57,711 nt of DNA from Simkaniaceae bacterium (lineage in GTDB: Bacteria; Chlamydiota; Chlamydiia; Chlamydiales; Simkaniaceae), in the NCBI GenBank assembly GCA_050248615.1, contig JBFWSA010000011.1, positions 1-57,711 of the forward strand, written 5' to 3'. This document shows positions 37,714 through 47,624 of this stretch, piece by piece (the stretch's first letter is position 1; every line of letters starts with the position of its first letter). The position numbers were made by a program, and so were the translations under genes. A model generated the notes under the pieces. It made no database searches. It had not been told where the DNA came from and saw nothing but the letters and a program-made list of their open reading frames with translations.

Positions 37714-38897
37714 AGCAATCTCTTTGCATAAGAGAAAAGAAAAAAGTATATCACAAGAATGATGATCAAAACAAGAGGAAGGGTTACAAAAAGGGATCCA
37801 GGAAGAGCCCCCATAATCAGTACACCGAGTGTAGCAAGTACCATATTGACAAACATCATGACAGAGGCGCCGGTCGGGCGATCTTCATACTGCCCCGTTG
37901 CATAAACGGCTGCGTTCGAAAACGAAAGAGGCATCCCAAAATAAGCAAAGAAAAAGGGAATATAAAAACTATAGAGATTCATCTGTTTTAAGATGCAAAA
38001 AACTGTAAAAGCAATAATCGCAATAGAAAAAATCCCATAACCTAATAACATCACCACACGCCCTTCCCAGTATTTGGAAAGATGGGCACTGCTAATATTC
38101 CCCAACACATACCCCACAGCGACGATTAAATTCACGATCCCAAAATGTCCTGGATTCACACCGAAATGATTAATCACAATGAGGGGAGCAACAGCTGCAA
38201 AAATATAAATGATCGCTGTTGTTAACCCAAAAAGGGTAGAAAAAGAAAAGAGACGTCTATTTTTAAAAGCATCTAAGTAACGCCTTTTAATATCAGAAAA
38301 ACACGTTGCGCAAGGATCTAGCTGTGTCGCTGTTTCTGGCAATAACAGGCACATAAAAAGGACAAACAAATTGTAAATCGCCATAAAATAAAAACAACTA
38401 TTCCATCCCCAAAAATGGACTAACCCACCTCCGATTGCGATGCCAATAAACGGAACAATAGCAAAAGCTAAAGAGATGATCGGTATCACTCTGCGCGCTT
38501 GATGTTCATGGTAAAAATCGTTAATAATCGTGAAAGTAAGGACTAGCCCCACACTCGAACCGATTGCCATCACCAGTCTGCCGAAAAGAAGGAGCATAAA
38601 AGAGTGCAGCGGCCCTGAGAGAATGGCAAGGATACTCCCAAAGACAGCAATCCCCATCCCAATAAAGATCGTGGGACGTCTTCCCCAACGATTAGCGAGG
38701 GGGGCATAGAGAAGTTGCCCACACGCATACCCAATCAGGAATAGGGTTAAGGTTAACTGGGCTAACCCCGATGAAATGCCAAAATACTGAATAATTTCTG
38801 GTAATCCGGGAGTAAATAATACTGCACCAATAGAAGGAGAAGAAGTGAGTTTAATAAGAATCAAACTCGAAGGTTTTTTAGTGTTAATTTTATACAT
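37710..38897 (-). CDS. MFS efflux transporter, Bcr/CflA-like
   Basis: LFTPGLPEI, GQLLYAPLANRWGRRP; ~12 TM segments. Confidence 0.88.
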   Translation of the reverse strand: MYKINTKKPSSLILIKLTSSPSIGAVLFTPGLPEIIQYFGISSGLAQLTLTLFLIGYACGQLLYAPLANRWGRRPTIFIGMGIAVFGSILAILSGPLHSFMLLLFGRLVMAIGSSVGLVLTFTIINDFYHEHQARRVIPIISLAFAIVPFIGIAIGGGLVHFWGWNSCFYFMAIYNLFVLFMCLLLPETATQLDPCATCFSDIKRRYLDAFKNRRLFSFSTLFGLTTAIIYIFAAVAPLIVINHFGVNPGHFGIVNLIVAVGYVLGNISSAHLSKYWEGRVVMLLGYGIFSIAIIAFTVFCILKQMNLYSFYIPFFFAYFGMPLSFSNAAVYATGQYEDRPTGASVMMFVNMVLATLGVLIMGALPGSLFVTLPLVLIIILVIYFFLFSYAKRLL

Positions 38898-38898
38898 A

Positions 38899-39061
38899 TA
38901 TACTCAAACAATTTCAAAAGTTGGTTTTGGGCAACGCGAAAGCTTTCGGAATTCGCCGATCTTAAATGACCTAATATTAGAAATATGAGGTCATTTAAGA
39001 TCGGCAAATTACGATGCTTTGGCGCAGCCGAAAATTCAACTTTTGAAGTTGTTTGAGTATA
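38899..39061. mobile_element. MITE family A, full length (163 bp), inverted relative to the 19905 copy
   Basis: TIRs TATACTCAAACAATTTCAAAAGTTG...CAACTTTTGAAGTTGTTTGAGTATA; encodes the last codons and stop of pckG. Confidence 0.93.
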
Positions 39062-40799
39062 GTCGACTTTCTAAATTATCGAGTTCTTCGTGGATTCCCT
39101 CTGGAAGGCGATCACCAAATAGCTTAAAGTATTCACGGAGCCCTTTTAGTTCCTCTTTCCACTGACCACGATCAATTTCAAAAAGCTCAGGCGCAGCATC
39201 GAACGTTTCCGGAAGATTCCCTACAGGAGAGCTTTTTGCGGTAGCAGATCCTTCACACCGCTCAAAAATCCATTTTAAAACGCGCATATTCTCTCCAAAA
39301 CCCGGCCACAAAAATTTCCCGTCTGAAGATTTACGAAACCAATTCACATGATAGATACGCGGAGCTTTATCCCCTAAAATCTTCCCCATCTCAAGCCAGT
39401 GACCAAAGTAATCCCCCATATGATACCCACAAAAAGGGAGCATGGCAAAAGGGTCATGTCTCAGCGCGCCGATCTTTCCAGCTGCCGCCGCCGTCATTTC
39501 TGAAGAGAGAGAAGCCCCTAAAAAGGTTCCATGCTGCCAAGAAAGACTTTCAATGACAAGAGGGACCACACTTTCACGCCGTCCTCCAAAAATGATTCCC
39601 GAAATGGGGACCCCATTCACATCCTCAAAAGCAGGATCAATAACAGGACACTGTTTGGCTGGCGCTGTGAACCGGGAGTTGGGATGAGCTGCCTTCTCTT
39701 TCGATTTAGGTGTCCACGAATTTCCCTTCCAATCGGTTAAATGATTCGGTGGATCATCGGTCATCCCCTCCCACCATACATCTCCATCATCGGTCAGAGC
39801 AACATTCGTAAAAATGGAATTCTTACTTATTACTTTCATCGCATTGGGGTTAGATTTATTCGAGGTTCCCGGTGCGACACCAAAAAAACCGTATTCAGGA
39901 TTAATCGCATATAAACGTCCGTCTTTCCCCAACTTCATCCAAGCAATATCATCCCCTACACATTCCACCTTCCAGCCGGGAAGGGTTGATTGCAGCATGG
40001 CCAAATTGGTTTTTCCACAAGCACTCGGGAAAGCAGCTACGAAAAATTGTTTCTTTCCCTCTGGATTGGTAATTCCCACAATCAGCATATGCTCCGCCAT
40101 CCACTTTTCATCCCGCGCTTTGACCGAAGCAATCCTAAGTGCTAAGCATTTCTTTCCTAAAAGGGCATTCCCCCCATAACCACTCCCAAACGACCAGATC
40201 GTGCGCTCTTCAGGAAATTGAACGATATATTTATCCTCTTTACGACACGGCCATACCGCATCTTTTTGCCCCTTATCCAGAGGAACTCCTACTGAATGGA
40301 GACAAGGAACAAACTCCCCCTCTGTGCCCAATACCTCTAGGGCTTTTTTTCCCATTCGGGCCATGATATAGGTATTAGCCACAACATAAAGCGAATCGGT
40401 GATTTGCACCCCAATGACCGAAAGAGAAGATCCAAAGGGACCCATACTAAAGGGAATCACATACATAGTCCGCCCCTTCATGCACCCATTAAACAGGTGC
40501 AAAAGGGTCTTTTTCATCTCGTGGGGATCTTTCCAATGATTGGTGGGTCCTGCATCCTCTTTTTTCAGAGAGCAGATAAACGTCCGGTCTTCCACGCGCG
40601 CCACATCACTCGGATCTGAGCGGCACCAAAAAGAACCTGGCCGTTTAGTCAGCGCAACAAACACTCCCTTGTCTACAAGTTCTTGACAAACAGCCTCATG
40701 CTCCTCTTTTGAGCCATTGCAAAGGACCACCTTGTCCGGCTGGCAAAGGGCCTGAATCTCCTGAATCCATTGACTGAGTTTTGGGTGTTTGATGTCCAT
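39036..40799 (-). CDS. pckG: Phosphoenolpyruvate carboxykinase (GTP)
   Basis: [55 protein letters not shown]. Confidence 0.97.
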   Translation of the reverse strand: MDIKHPKLSQWIQEIQALCQPDKVVLCNGSKEEHEAVCQELVDKGVFVALTKRPGSFWCRSDPSDVARVEDRTFICSLKKEDAGPTNHWKDPHEMKKTLLHLFNGCMKGRTMYVIPFSMGPFGSSLSVIGVQITDSLYVVANTYIMARMGKKALEVLGTEGEFVPCLHSVGVPLDKGQKDAVWPCRKEDKYIVQFPEERTIWSFGSGYGGNALLGKKCLALRIASVKARDEKWMAEHMLIVGITNPEGKKQFFVAAFPSACGKTNLAMLQSTLPGWKVECVGDDIAWMKLGKDGRLYAINPEYGFFGVAPGTSNKSNPNAMKVISKNSIFTNVALTDDGDVWWEGMTDDPPNHLTDWKGNSWTPKSKEKAAHPNSRFTAPAKQCPVIDPAFEDVNGVPISGIIFGGRRESVVPLVIESLSWQHGTFLGASLSSEMTAAAAGKIGALRHDPFAMLPFCGYHMGDYFGHWLEMGKILGDKAPRIYHVNWFRKSSDGKFLWPGFGENMRVLKWIFERCEGSATAKSSPVGNLPETFDAAPELFEIDRGQWKEELKGLREYFKLFGDRLPEGIHEELDNLESRLYSNNFKS

Positions 40800-40859
40800 A
40801 GTTGTAGAAATATCTCAAACAGAGATAAAAAACCAGATCACTCGAATTCCCTCGAGCCC

Positions 40860-40894
40860 TATACTCAAACAACCGCAAAAGGTTGTTTGAGTAT
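40860..40894. repeat. Minimal family A palindrome (~35 bp)
   Basis: TATACTCAAACAACCGCAAAAGGTTGTTTGAGTAT, in the pckG upstream region. Confidence 0.85.
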
Positions 40895-40954
40895 GGGTTT
40901 ACCATATCCTAGTATCTGACAACAAAAGACTTGTGAAGCAATTTTCTAGGTTTT

Positions 40955-41212
40955 TTAAGAAAGATGCTGATTCACTTTTTTGGTCATCTCGAACATATTA
41001 ATAGCTTTCTTGCTTCCAAAAACCTTTGCTAGCTTGTCATCCGGAATGATATTTCTTTTATTTTCCGGATCTTGTCTTTTGTTTTTCTTAATGTAATCCC
41101 AAAGCTTTTTAGTAACCTGGGTCCTTGGCATAGGTCCCGCTCCTATAACTTCCTTAAGTTCACTGCTGATTGTCATGGGTTTCATGAAGCTTGTATTTGT
41201 TTTTTTGGCCAT
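40955..41212 (-). CDS. SWIB/MDM2 domain protein
   Basis: PRTQVTKKLWDYIKKN...QDPENKRNIIPDDKL...MFEMTK. Confidence 0.93.
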   Translation of the reverse strand: MAKKTNTSFMKPMTISSELKEVIGAGPMPRTQVTKKLWDYIKKNKRQDPENKRNIIPDDKLAKVFGSKKAINMFEMTKKVNQHLS

Positions 41213-41344
41213 TTTCTTTCCTTACCTTTTGTTTATAGCTAAATAATAGTGTTATTCATTAATTCTCTAACGAAGTGTGTTTGAAGTCAATCTTCATGTT
41301 GTCCTTCTCATAAACCTACACTAGGAATCGAAAAAGTGTATTCA

Positions 41345-42336
41345 ACGTGAATTCACGCGATGTGCAACTTTAACATAGCAACCCATCAAAGATAATAGAA
41401 CGCCGTCCCAATTTTCTATTGATAAATACTCCAATAATATGAGCTAAGAATATACGACTCAGTCGATTAAAAAGATGGAACCGATCTCTAGCCCAAATCC
41501 TGAAAATTTTAAAACGATAGATAAGTTGAGCGATAACACTTTCAATGATTTTTCTCATTTTTTTGATCCTTTGAACATAGCGAGAAAGTCTTGTATCTTT
41601 CATATTTTTCTTTAAGGGAGTTTGCAGAAGAATATTTCTATTGAGTAAATTCTGTTTATGTTTTTTACCCAGATATCCCTTATCTCCTATAAGAAGGCCC
41701 TCTATCTCCTCTGTCAGATCGTTTAACATCCGATGTTCTTCAATAGAAGCTGGTGTGAGAGCAAAGTTTTCAATAACACCACTTGCTGAAATCAAAAGAT
41801 GACCTTTAAAACCATAATAGAGCTGCCGTTTTGCTGAGCAACACCCAAAATTAGCTTCTCCTTTAAAACAAGAACTTTTGAGTGCTCTTCTAAAGTGACA
41901 TACAGGAAGAGGAAAACCATCGATAATATGAATAATATCCTTTCCTAATTCTTTAATTAGCCTTTACTAAATGATTTGCTTAAGTCTCCATAAGTTAGAA
42001 GCTTGTCTAATGAACGTTGTTCTATGAGGGAGGCGAGGAAATAACTGACGCCAAAATCGATCAAAATAAAGCCATAAAGCTTTATCAGTTTCGAGACCTA
42101 AAAAAGCTCCAACCGTTTCAACAGTAATGACTTCACTATCTGTAAATTTAGGACTAAACCCCCGAGAGCATAAGGTGAGGTTAATTTTTTTTTACTTGAT
42201 CATCTATGTGACAAAAGATAAAAATGATGAATTCTTCTATAGGCATAATCTTGACTCCATTTTTTGAATGGTTAAAAAATTCGATGATAGATTATGCCTT
42301 TTCTATTTTAAAGTTGCACATCGCGTGAATTCGCGT
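41345..42336. mobile_element. IS982-family insertion sequence (992 bp), decayed
   Basis: 28-bp TIRs ACG(T/C)GAATTCACGCGATGTGCAACTTTA (27/28 match); 6-bp direct repeat TATTCA at 41339-41344 and 42337-42342. Confidence 0.92.
41370..42246 (-). pseudogene. IS982-family DDE transposase pseudogene
   Basis: TDSEVIT, IIDGFPLPVC, YYGFKGHL, GDKGY, RKIIESV motifs; frameshift in the A9 run near 42190 and tandem TAG TAA stops near 41965. Confidence 0.88.
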
Positions 42337-42416
42337 TATTCAAAATGAGATGAAATAAAAAATGCAAATTTTTTATTTTGTATACATCTTTAACTAATCA
42401 AGAGATCCTGAATAGG

Positions 42417-43502
42417 TTATAAAGTAGCTTTCTTAAATGTTTCGAGATACTCGAGAGCCTTTCCCGTTCCCATGCAAACAGCTAAGAGGGGATTAGAGGC
42501 AACAACCACAGGAAGACCAGACTCTTTAATCAAGGCTTTATCGAGACCTTTGATTAATGCTCCCCCTCCGGCTAAGACCATGCCACGCTCTACAAGATCT
42601 GCAGCAAGTTCTGGAGGACAACGCTCGAGGGTCTCCTTTGTACAAGCAATGATTTGTTGAATGGGTTCAGATAAGCACTCACGAATCTCTACAGAGTTGA
42701 TCCGCTTCGTAATGGGAAGTCCTGCCACTTGGTCACGTCCACGCACTTCCATTTCGAGTTCGTGGTCCCCTAGAGGATAGGCGGAACCAATGGTCATTTT
42801 GATCTCTTCCGCAGTCCGCGGTCCGATCATCAGGTTGTAGGTGCGACGCATGTAGTTGATAATGCACTCATCGAATTCATCCCCAGCAATCCGAATAGAA
42901 CGAGACTCTACGATACCGCCAAGAGAGATAATGGCAATTTCAGTCGTACCTCCCCCGATATCGATAATCATGTTTGCTGAAGGCTCATGAACAGGAAGGT
43001 CGACTCCAATAGCGGCAGCCATGGGCTCTTCAATCAGAATGACTTCTTGTGCACCTGCACGCAGGGCAGAGTCTTCTACGGCGCGTTTCTCAACACCCGT
43101 AATCCCTGAGGGAACGGCTATCAAAATTTTAGGGCGGAAAAGACTTCGGGTAGGAGTCACCCGAGAAATCAGGGCTTTAAGCATCCCTTCTGCAATCTCA
43201 AAATCAGCAATAACCCCGTCTTTCATGGGGCGTACGGCATGAATTTTGCGGGGGGTTTTCCCGAGCATCGCTTTTGCTTTATGCCCAACTGCAAGGACTT
43301 CTCCTGTAACAGAGTCTACAGCAACAACCGAAGGCTCTGCTAAAACAATCCCTTTTCCTCGGACATAAACAAGAGTGTTGGCAGTTCCTAAGTCAATTCC
43401 AATATCGCTCGAAAAAATCCCAGTCAAACGGCCTAATTTATTCATCAGCCCATTTTTAAAATTCTTCAGAAAACTTCCTTTCCCAGCAGCAGTATACTTC
43501 AT
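42417..43502 (-). CDS. mreB: Rod shape-determining protein MreB
   Basis: [39 protein letters not shown]. Confidence 0.98.
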   Translation of the reverse strand: MKYTAAGKGSFLKNFKNGLMNKLGRLTGIFSSDIGIDLGTANTLVYVRGKGIVLAEPSVVAVDSVTGEVLAVGHKAKAMLGKTPRKIHAVRPMKDGVIADFEIAEGMLKALISRVTPTRSLFRPKILIAVPSGITGVEKRAVEDSALRAGAQEVILIEEPMAAAIGVDLPVHEPSANMIIDIGGGTTEIAIISLGGIVESRSIRIAGDEFDECIINYMRRTYNLMIGPRTAEEIKMTIGSAYPLGDHELEMEVRGRDQVAGLPITKRINSVEIRECLSEPIQQIIACTKETLERCPPELAADLVERGMVLAGGGALIKGLDKALIKESGLPVVVASNPLLAVCMGTGKALEYLETFKKATL

Positions 43503-43564
43503 CGATTAATTCCTTATGTCACTCATGAATACTCCAATCATAGCAAGCCCTCAGATAAAATTCA

Positions 43565-46500
43565 TCAAGTTTGAAGGAGTTCTAGCACATCTTCCCAAGT
43601 GAGCTTCGTAATCGCTTCATCATCACAACTTACTATTTTCTTCACAATGCCTTTCTTCCGGTTTTGCATTTCAACGATTTTTTCTTCGATCGTTCCTAGT
43701 GTTACAAGCTTGTAAACAGAGACGGATTCTTTCTGACCAATGCGATGAACTCGGTCTGTTGCTTGACTTTCTACTGCAGGATTCCACCACATATCATAGT
43801 GGATCACCGTATCTGCCCCAACTAAGTTAAGACCAGTTCCCCCCGCCTTTAGCGATACAAGAAAGATCGGAATATTGGGATCTTCATTAAACTCTTTCAC
43901 AATATCGAGACGATTTTTGCTCGATCCATCGAGATAGGAGAAACGAATGCCTCGCTGTTCAAAGTCATCCCGCATGATCTGCAGCATCCGGGTATATTGA
44001 GAAAAGATCACGGTTTTATGCTGCCCTTCAATCAGAGTTTGAAGGAGTTCAACAAGCATATCATATTTGGCTGAATCCCCCATTTCGGGTTTTTCTTTTG
44101 CAAAAATTGCAGGATGGCAACAAATCTGCTTTAAACGGGTGAGGGTAGCTAGCACGTGTATCTGCACCTTATCAAACCCATCGCGTTCGACGAGTTTAAC
44201 AAGTTCATCTCGAGCTGACTCTGCATAGGAGCGATAAAGCTCTCGCTGCACTTTAGTAAGCTGGCAATGGTAAACGTTCTCAGACACAGGAGGAAGATCA
44301 TCTAAGACATCCACCTTCATACGACGCAAGATAAAGGGGGCAACTTTTTTCCGGAGATATTGGAGATTTTTCATCTGTTCCTCTCCAGAAATCCTGACAT
44401 ATTTCTCTACAAAGCGATCGTAAGATCCCAAGAAGCCTGGCATGAGGAAATCAAAAAGGCTCCAGAGCTCATCTAAGGAGTTTTCAATGGGGGTGCCCGA
44501 AAGGATCATCCGGTGCTCTGCTTTGACTAATTTAACAGATTTGGCATTGCGCGTGCCTCGATTTTTAATATGTTGCGCTTCATCCAGAATCATATAGGAA
44601 AATGTGATCTTGTCATAAGCATCGATGTCTTTCTGCAAAAGACTGTAAGAGGTAATGACAACATCATAGTCTTTGAGATTCTTGATCAATTTCTTACGCT
44701 GGTTAGGCATCCCATCAATCACAAGGGTCTTTAGATCTGTATTAAACTTATGACATTCCTCTTTCCAGTTATAGAGAAGGGAAGTGGGACAAACGACAAG
44801 AGCGGGTTTTTTTACTTTCCCTAAGTGTTGCGTAAGAGAGACAATCGCCTGGAGCGTTTTACCAAGACCCATATCATCTGCAAGAATTCCGTTGAGATAC
44901 ATGAGCCTGAGTCTTTCTAGCCAGTGCACCCCTTCTTCTTGGTATTTGCGAAGGTTGGCTTTAACCGCTGCCGGAACGGGGGTAAACGTTAGCTCCTTTT
45001 GGCCCAGCATTTGCTCACGAATTTCTTTGAGACGAGGTGTCATGGTGAACTTTACAGGGAGGCCTTCAAAGTTTGTCTCATCAATATTTGCAAGTCCCCA
45101 GATCGGGCGCTCTAACGTTTTATTTTCAAGTTTTTCAATGCCAAGTTCATCAAAAAGCTGAACCACAGCTCCCACCTCTTCAAGGTCAAGAACGAGAATT
45201 TTGGGAATCTTATTCCCCTTATCTTTCGATGCCCCTCTTGGCCCCATGTCTAGCTCTAAATAAGCCCGACGAGAGATAATACAATCCCAAAGGCGGTCCA
45301 CTTTCACCCCTTTGAGAGCCCCTTTCACTTCGATATTCATCGCATAAACATCCATACGCTCTGTATGGGAAAGTTCTAGCTTAAAATTGGATTGATCATA
45401 AATAAACTGGTCTAAAAGGTTTTGAGGACAGTTGAATTTGACACGGTGTTGATTACGAGGAATGACATCGGTCATAAACTCAATAATTTTCTTCTCCGTT
45501 CGAGCCATGAATGTTTGATGCTCAGGGTTAAAGATAAAGTCTCTAAAGAGATCTTCAATGATCTTTTGCTCTTCAACTAGGTTGCGCGCCATCACCCCTT
45601 CGCCCGTGACAAAAGAGTCAATATCCTCATACTTTAGCTGTTTTGAAGAGGCCGGAATGACATATTTATCATACCGAAAAGAAAGGATAGCCTCCAGTTC
45701 TCCATGTAAAAACGAAATATCACAAATTGCCTCAATGGAACCTACAAAAGGAAGGGTTGTAAAATGCTCTACAACGCCCTGCATATCGACTTCAGCAAAA
45801 TGGGAAAGTTCAGGAAGAGCATTCTCCACAAAAGTTCCAAAAAGGGGTTCTGGAATTGTCATCTCTCGAATCGGTAATAAACTGCGCAAGTGTTGACGCG
45901 TAATGTGTTCGGGAAATCGATAGTAAACATGATTGAAAAGGATCCCCGGACGCGCACACTCTAAAAAGCAAGCATCTTCTAGCATGACAGTATTTTGATC
46001 AATCAACAGTGTAGGATTAAGCAAAATTTTAGTCGTCGGAGGGTGAATATATTCTAGGGAAACTTTTATATGAGCTGGAGTTTTAGAAAAATGGATAGGA
46101 GACTCAAGATTTTCTTCAAAAAGACAGGGAAGTACCGGCAATTCATCATCCTGAAAAGTCCACCCTTTTTGCTTGAGCTGCTGGGAAGCAATTTCATGGG
46201 CTTTGGCAAGAATCATTCCGAAAATTTTGGTATCAAGCGTGGCTATTTTTTGTGCCCTTTCATTCGCCACCTTTTCGGGAAGGTTTGCATGGTCCATGAC
46301 AAAACGAACAATCTCTTGTCCTGCCTCTGCAAATGAATCCATCGAAAAAAGATAACTTTTTCCCCCAATATAAAGGGGCTCTTGATAGTGCACTGCCTCT
46401 AAAAAATCTCGAATGCTAGGAACATGGAGCGGTTTAGAACGTGCAGGAAGTCTTAAAGCTAGCTGTAACTCGACCCCTTCCCGTTTTTTAGGAAAATTGA

Positions 46501-47044
46501 AGATAACAGCGAGCTCCGCTTTTTCAATCTCACGCTCTTGCTTAGGGAGAAAGAAGGGGGATTTCGCTAAAACTTCGGAAGCTCCTACATACTCTTGAAG
46601 CAGTTCTTTTTGATACTCCTCATCGCGACGCATCACCTCTTTAGTCTCAGCTACCTTAACAGCTTCTAGAAGCTTCTCTTTTTCCTCATCATCGAAACCC
46701 TTTTCTTCCGTCATGACTGCTATGTCATTTTCTTTGGAATAGTTCACTAAGATCTCATCTAAACACGATTCCATGTAGAAAAGGACAGCTGCTAAATGTT
46801 GACAATCATAGTGATAGGGACAATCGCAATTGGAGTCGAGAGTTTCACTTTCTAACCGATCAATCTCGATTTCGCTTTCATAAGTGTTTTTATACTGCCC
46901 TAAAACTTGCGCACTGATTCGAATGGACGTGGCATCAAGATGTAAAATTTTTGCGGACAAGACTTTTTTCGTTTCAAAAAGCTGTTTCCCCTCCTTCAAA
47001 ATATTTGAAGAAAAGTCCTGCTTGAGCTTCCTTAAATTTAGCAT
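43565..47044 (-). CDS. SWIM-domain SNF2/SWI2 family helicase
   Basis: SWIM CDC...CQH; GILADDMGLGKT, LDEAQ, LSGTPIEN, WWNPAVESQATDRVHRIGQ. Confidence 0.95.
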   Translation of the reverse strand: MLNLRKLKQDFSSNILKEGKQLFETKKVLSAKILHLDATSIRISAQVLGQYKNTYESEIEIDRLESETLDSNCDCPYHYDCQHLAAVLFYMESCLDEILVNYSKENDIAVMTEEKGFDDEEKEKLLEAVKVAETKEVMRRDEEYQKELLQEYVGASEVLAKSPFFLPKQEREIEKAELAVIFNFPKKREGVELQLALRLPARSKPLHVPSIRDFLEAVHYQEPLYIGGKSYLFSMDSFAEAGQEIVRFVMDHANLPEKVANERAQKIATLDTKIFGMILAKAHEIASQQLKQKGWTFQDDELPVLPCLFEENLESPIHFSKTPAHIKVSLEYIHPPTTKILLNPTLLIDQNTVMLEDACFLECARPGILFNHVYYRFPEHITRQHLRSLLPIREMTIPEPLFGTFVENALPELSHFAEVDMQGVVEHFTTLPFVGSIEAICDISFLHGELEAILSFRYDKYVIPASSKQLKYEDIDSFVTGEGVMARNLVEEQKIIEDLFRDFIFNPEHQTFMARTEKKIIEFMTDVIPRNQHRVKFNCPQNLLDQFIYDQSNFKLELSHTERMDVYAMNIEVKGALKGVKVDRLWDCIISRRAYLELDMGPRGASKDKGNKIPKILVLDLEEVGAVVQLFDELGIEKLENKTLERPIWGLANIDETNFEGLPVKFTMTPRLKEIREQMLGQKELTFTPVPAAVKANLRKYQEEGVHWLERLRLMYLNGILADDMGLGKTLQAIVSLTQHLGKVKKPALVVCPTSLLYNWKEECHKFNTDLKTLVIDGMPNQRKKLIKNLKDYDVVITSYSLLQKDIDAYDKITFSYMILDEAQHIKNRGTRNAKSVKLVKAEHRMILSGTPIENSLDELWSLFDFLMPGFLGSYDRFVEKYVRISGEEQMKNLQYLRKKVAPFILRRMKVDVLDDLPPVSENVYHCQLTKVQRELYRSYAESARDELVKLVERDGFDKVQIHVLATLTRLKQICCHPAIFAKEKPEMGDSAKYDMLVELLQTLIEGQHKTVIFSQYTRMLQIMRDDFEQRGIRFSYLDGSSKNRLDIVKEFNEDPNIPIFLVSLKAGGTGLNLVGADTVIHYDMWWNPAVESQATDRVHRIGQKESVSVYKLVTLGTIEEKIVEMQNRKKGIVKKIVSCDDEAITKLTWEDVLELLQT

Positions 47045-47202
47045 TCTATACCCACATACCTCTCATCTTCGATTAAGACACGACCGAATTAAAATGATTC
47101 CTTCTTTTACATTTTTTTCGTATTTATGCCTACCCCTTTCATTCAAAAAATTTCAATCTATTTTTTGAAAGTGTAAAGCTATGATTAAAATGTGAAGGAC
47201 CA

Positions 47203-47409
47203 CTAGGAAGACAAATGGGAATAGGTTAAGAAAATAATAAAAGCCAGACCAAGAAGATAGAGAATCCCCAAAATTCCATACCCATAAAGAGTTATTTTGG
47301 TTTGAAGTCTTTGGCGGTAATCCTGCATCTCTGCATAGGCTTCATCCTCTTCAAAACCAAATTTATCAGCTAAACCATAACTGCTAGGAATGCGCATCTC
47401 TTCTTTCAT
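47203..47409 (-). CDS. Small membrane hypothetical protein
   Basis: 68 aa, single C-terminal TM; AAGG upstream. Confidence 0.6.
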   Translation of the reverse strand: MKEEMRIPSSYGLADKFGFEEDEAYAEMQDYRQRLQTKITLYGYGILGILYLLGLAFIIFLTYSHLSS

Positions 47410-47519
47410 AACCCTTATCCTATCCTATCTCTTGCTATTAATCGAGTCTCAATTTTGATAAATAGGTTTCAGTTGGAAAAAAAAACTCCTTTGTGGCTAT
47501 ACTGAATCACTATTTATAT

Positions 47520-47591
47520 GCGGGTGTAGCTCAGTGGTAGAGCATCACGTTGCCAACGTGAGGGTCGTGAGTTCAAGTCTCATCACCCGCT
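47520..47591 (+). tRNA. tRNA-Gly(GCC)
   Basis: GCGGGTGTAGCTCAGTGGTAGAGCATCACGTTGCCAACGTGAGGGTCGTGAGTTCAAGTCTCATCACCCGCT. Confidence 0.97.
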
Positions 47592-47624
47592 TTTTTCTAT
47601 AGAGACGGAACACAACTAGGTATT

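Noticed and set aside
40955..41212. SWIB domain protein as a novel eukaryote-like gene
   Set aside because: Stand-alone SWIB proteins are a well-known conserved chlamydial feature
42185..42193. Programmed frameshift at the A9 run in the transposase
   Set aside because: The gene also has two in-frame stops, so decay is the simpler explanation
41345..42336. IS982 as the mobiliser of the MITEs
   Set aside because: Its TIRs (ACGYGAATTC) and 6-bp target duplication do not match the TATA-ended, TA-duplicating elements, and the transposase is broken
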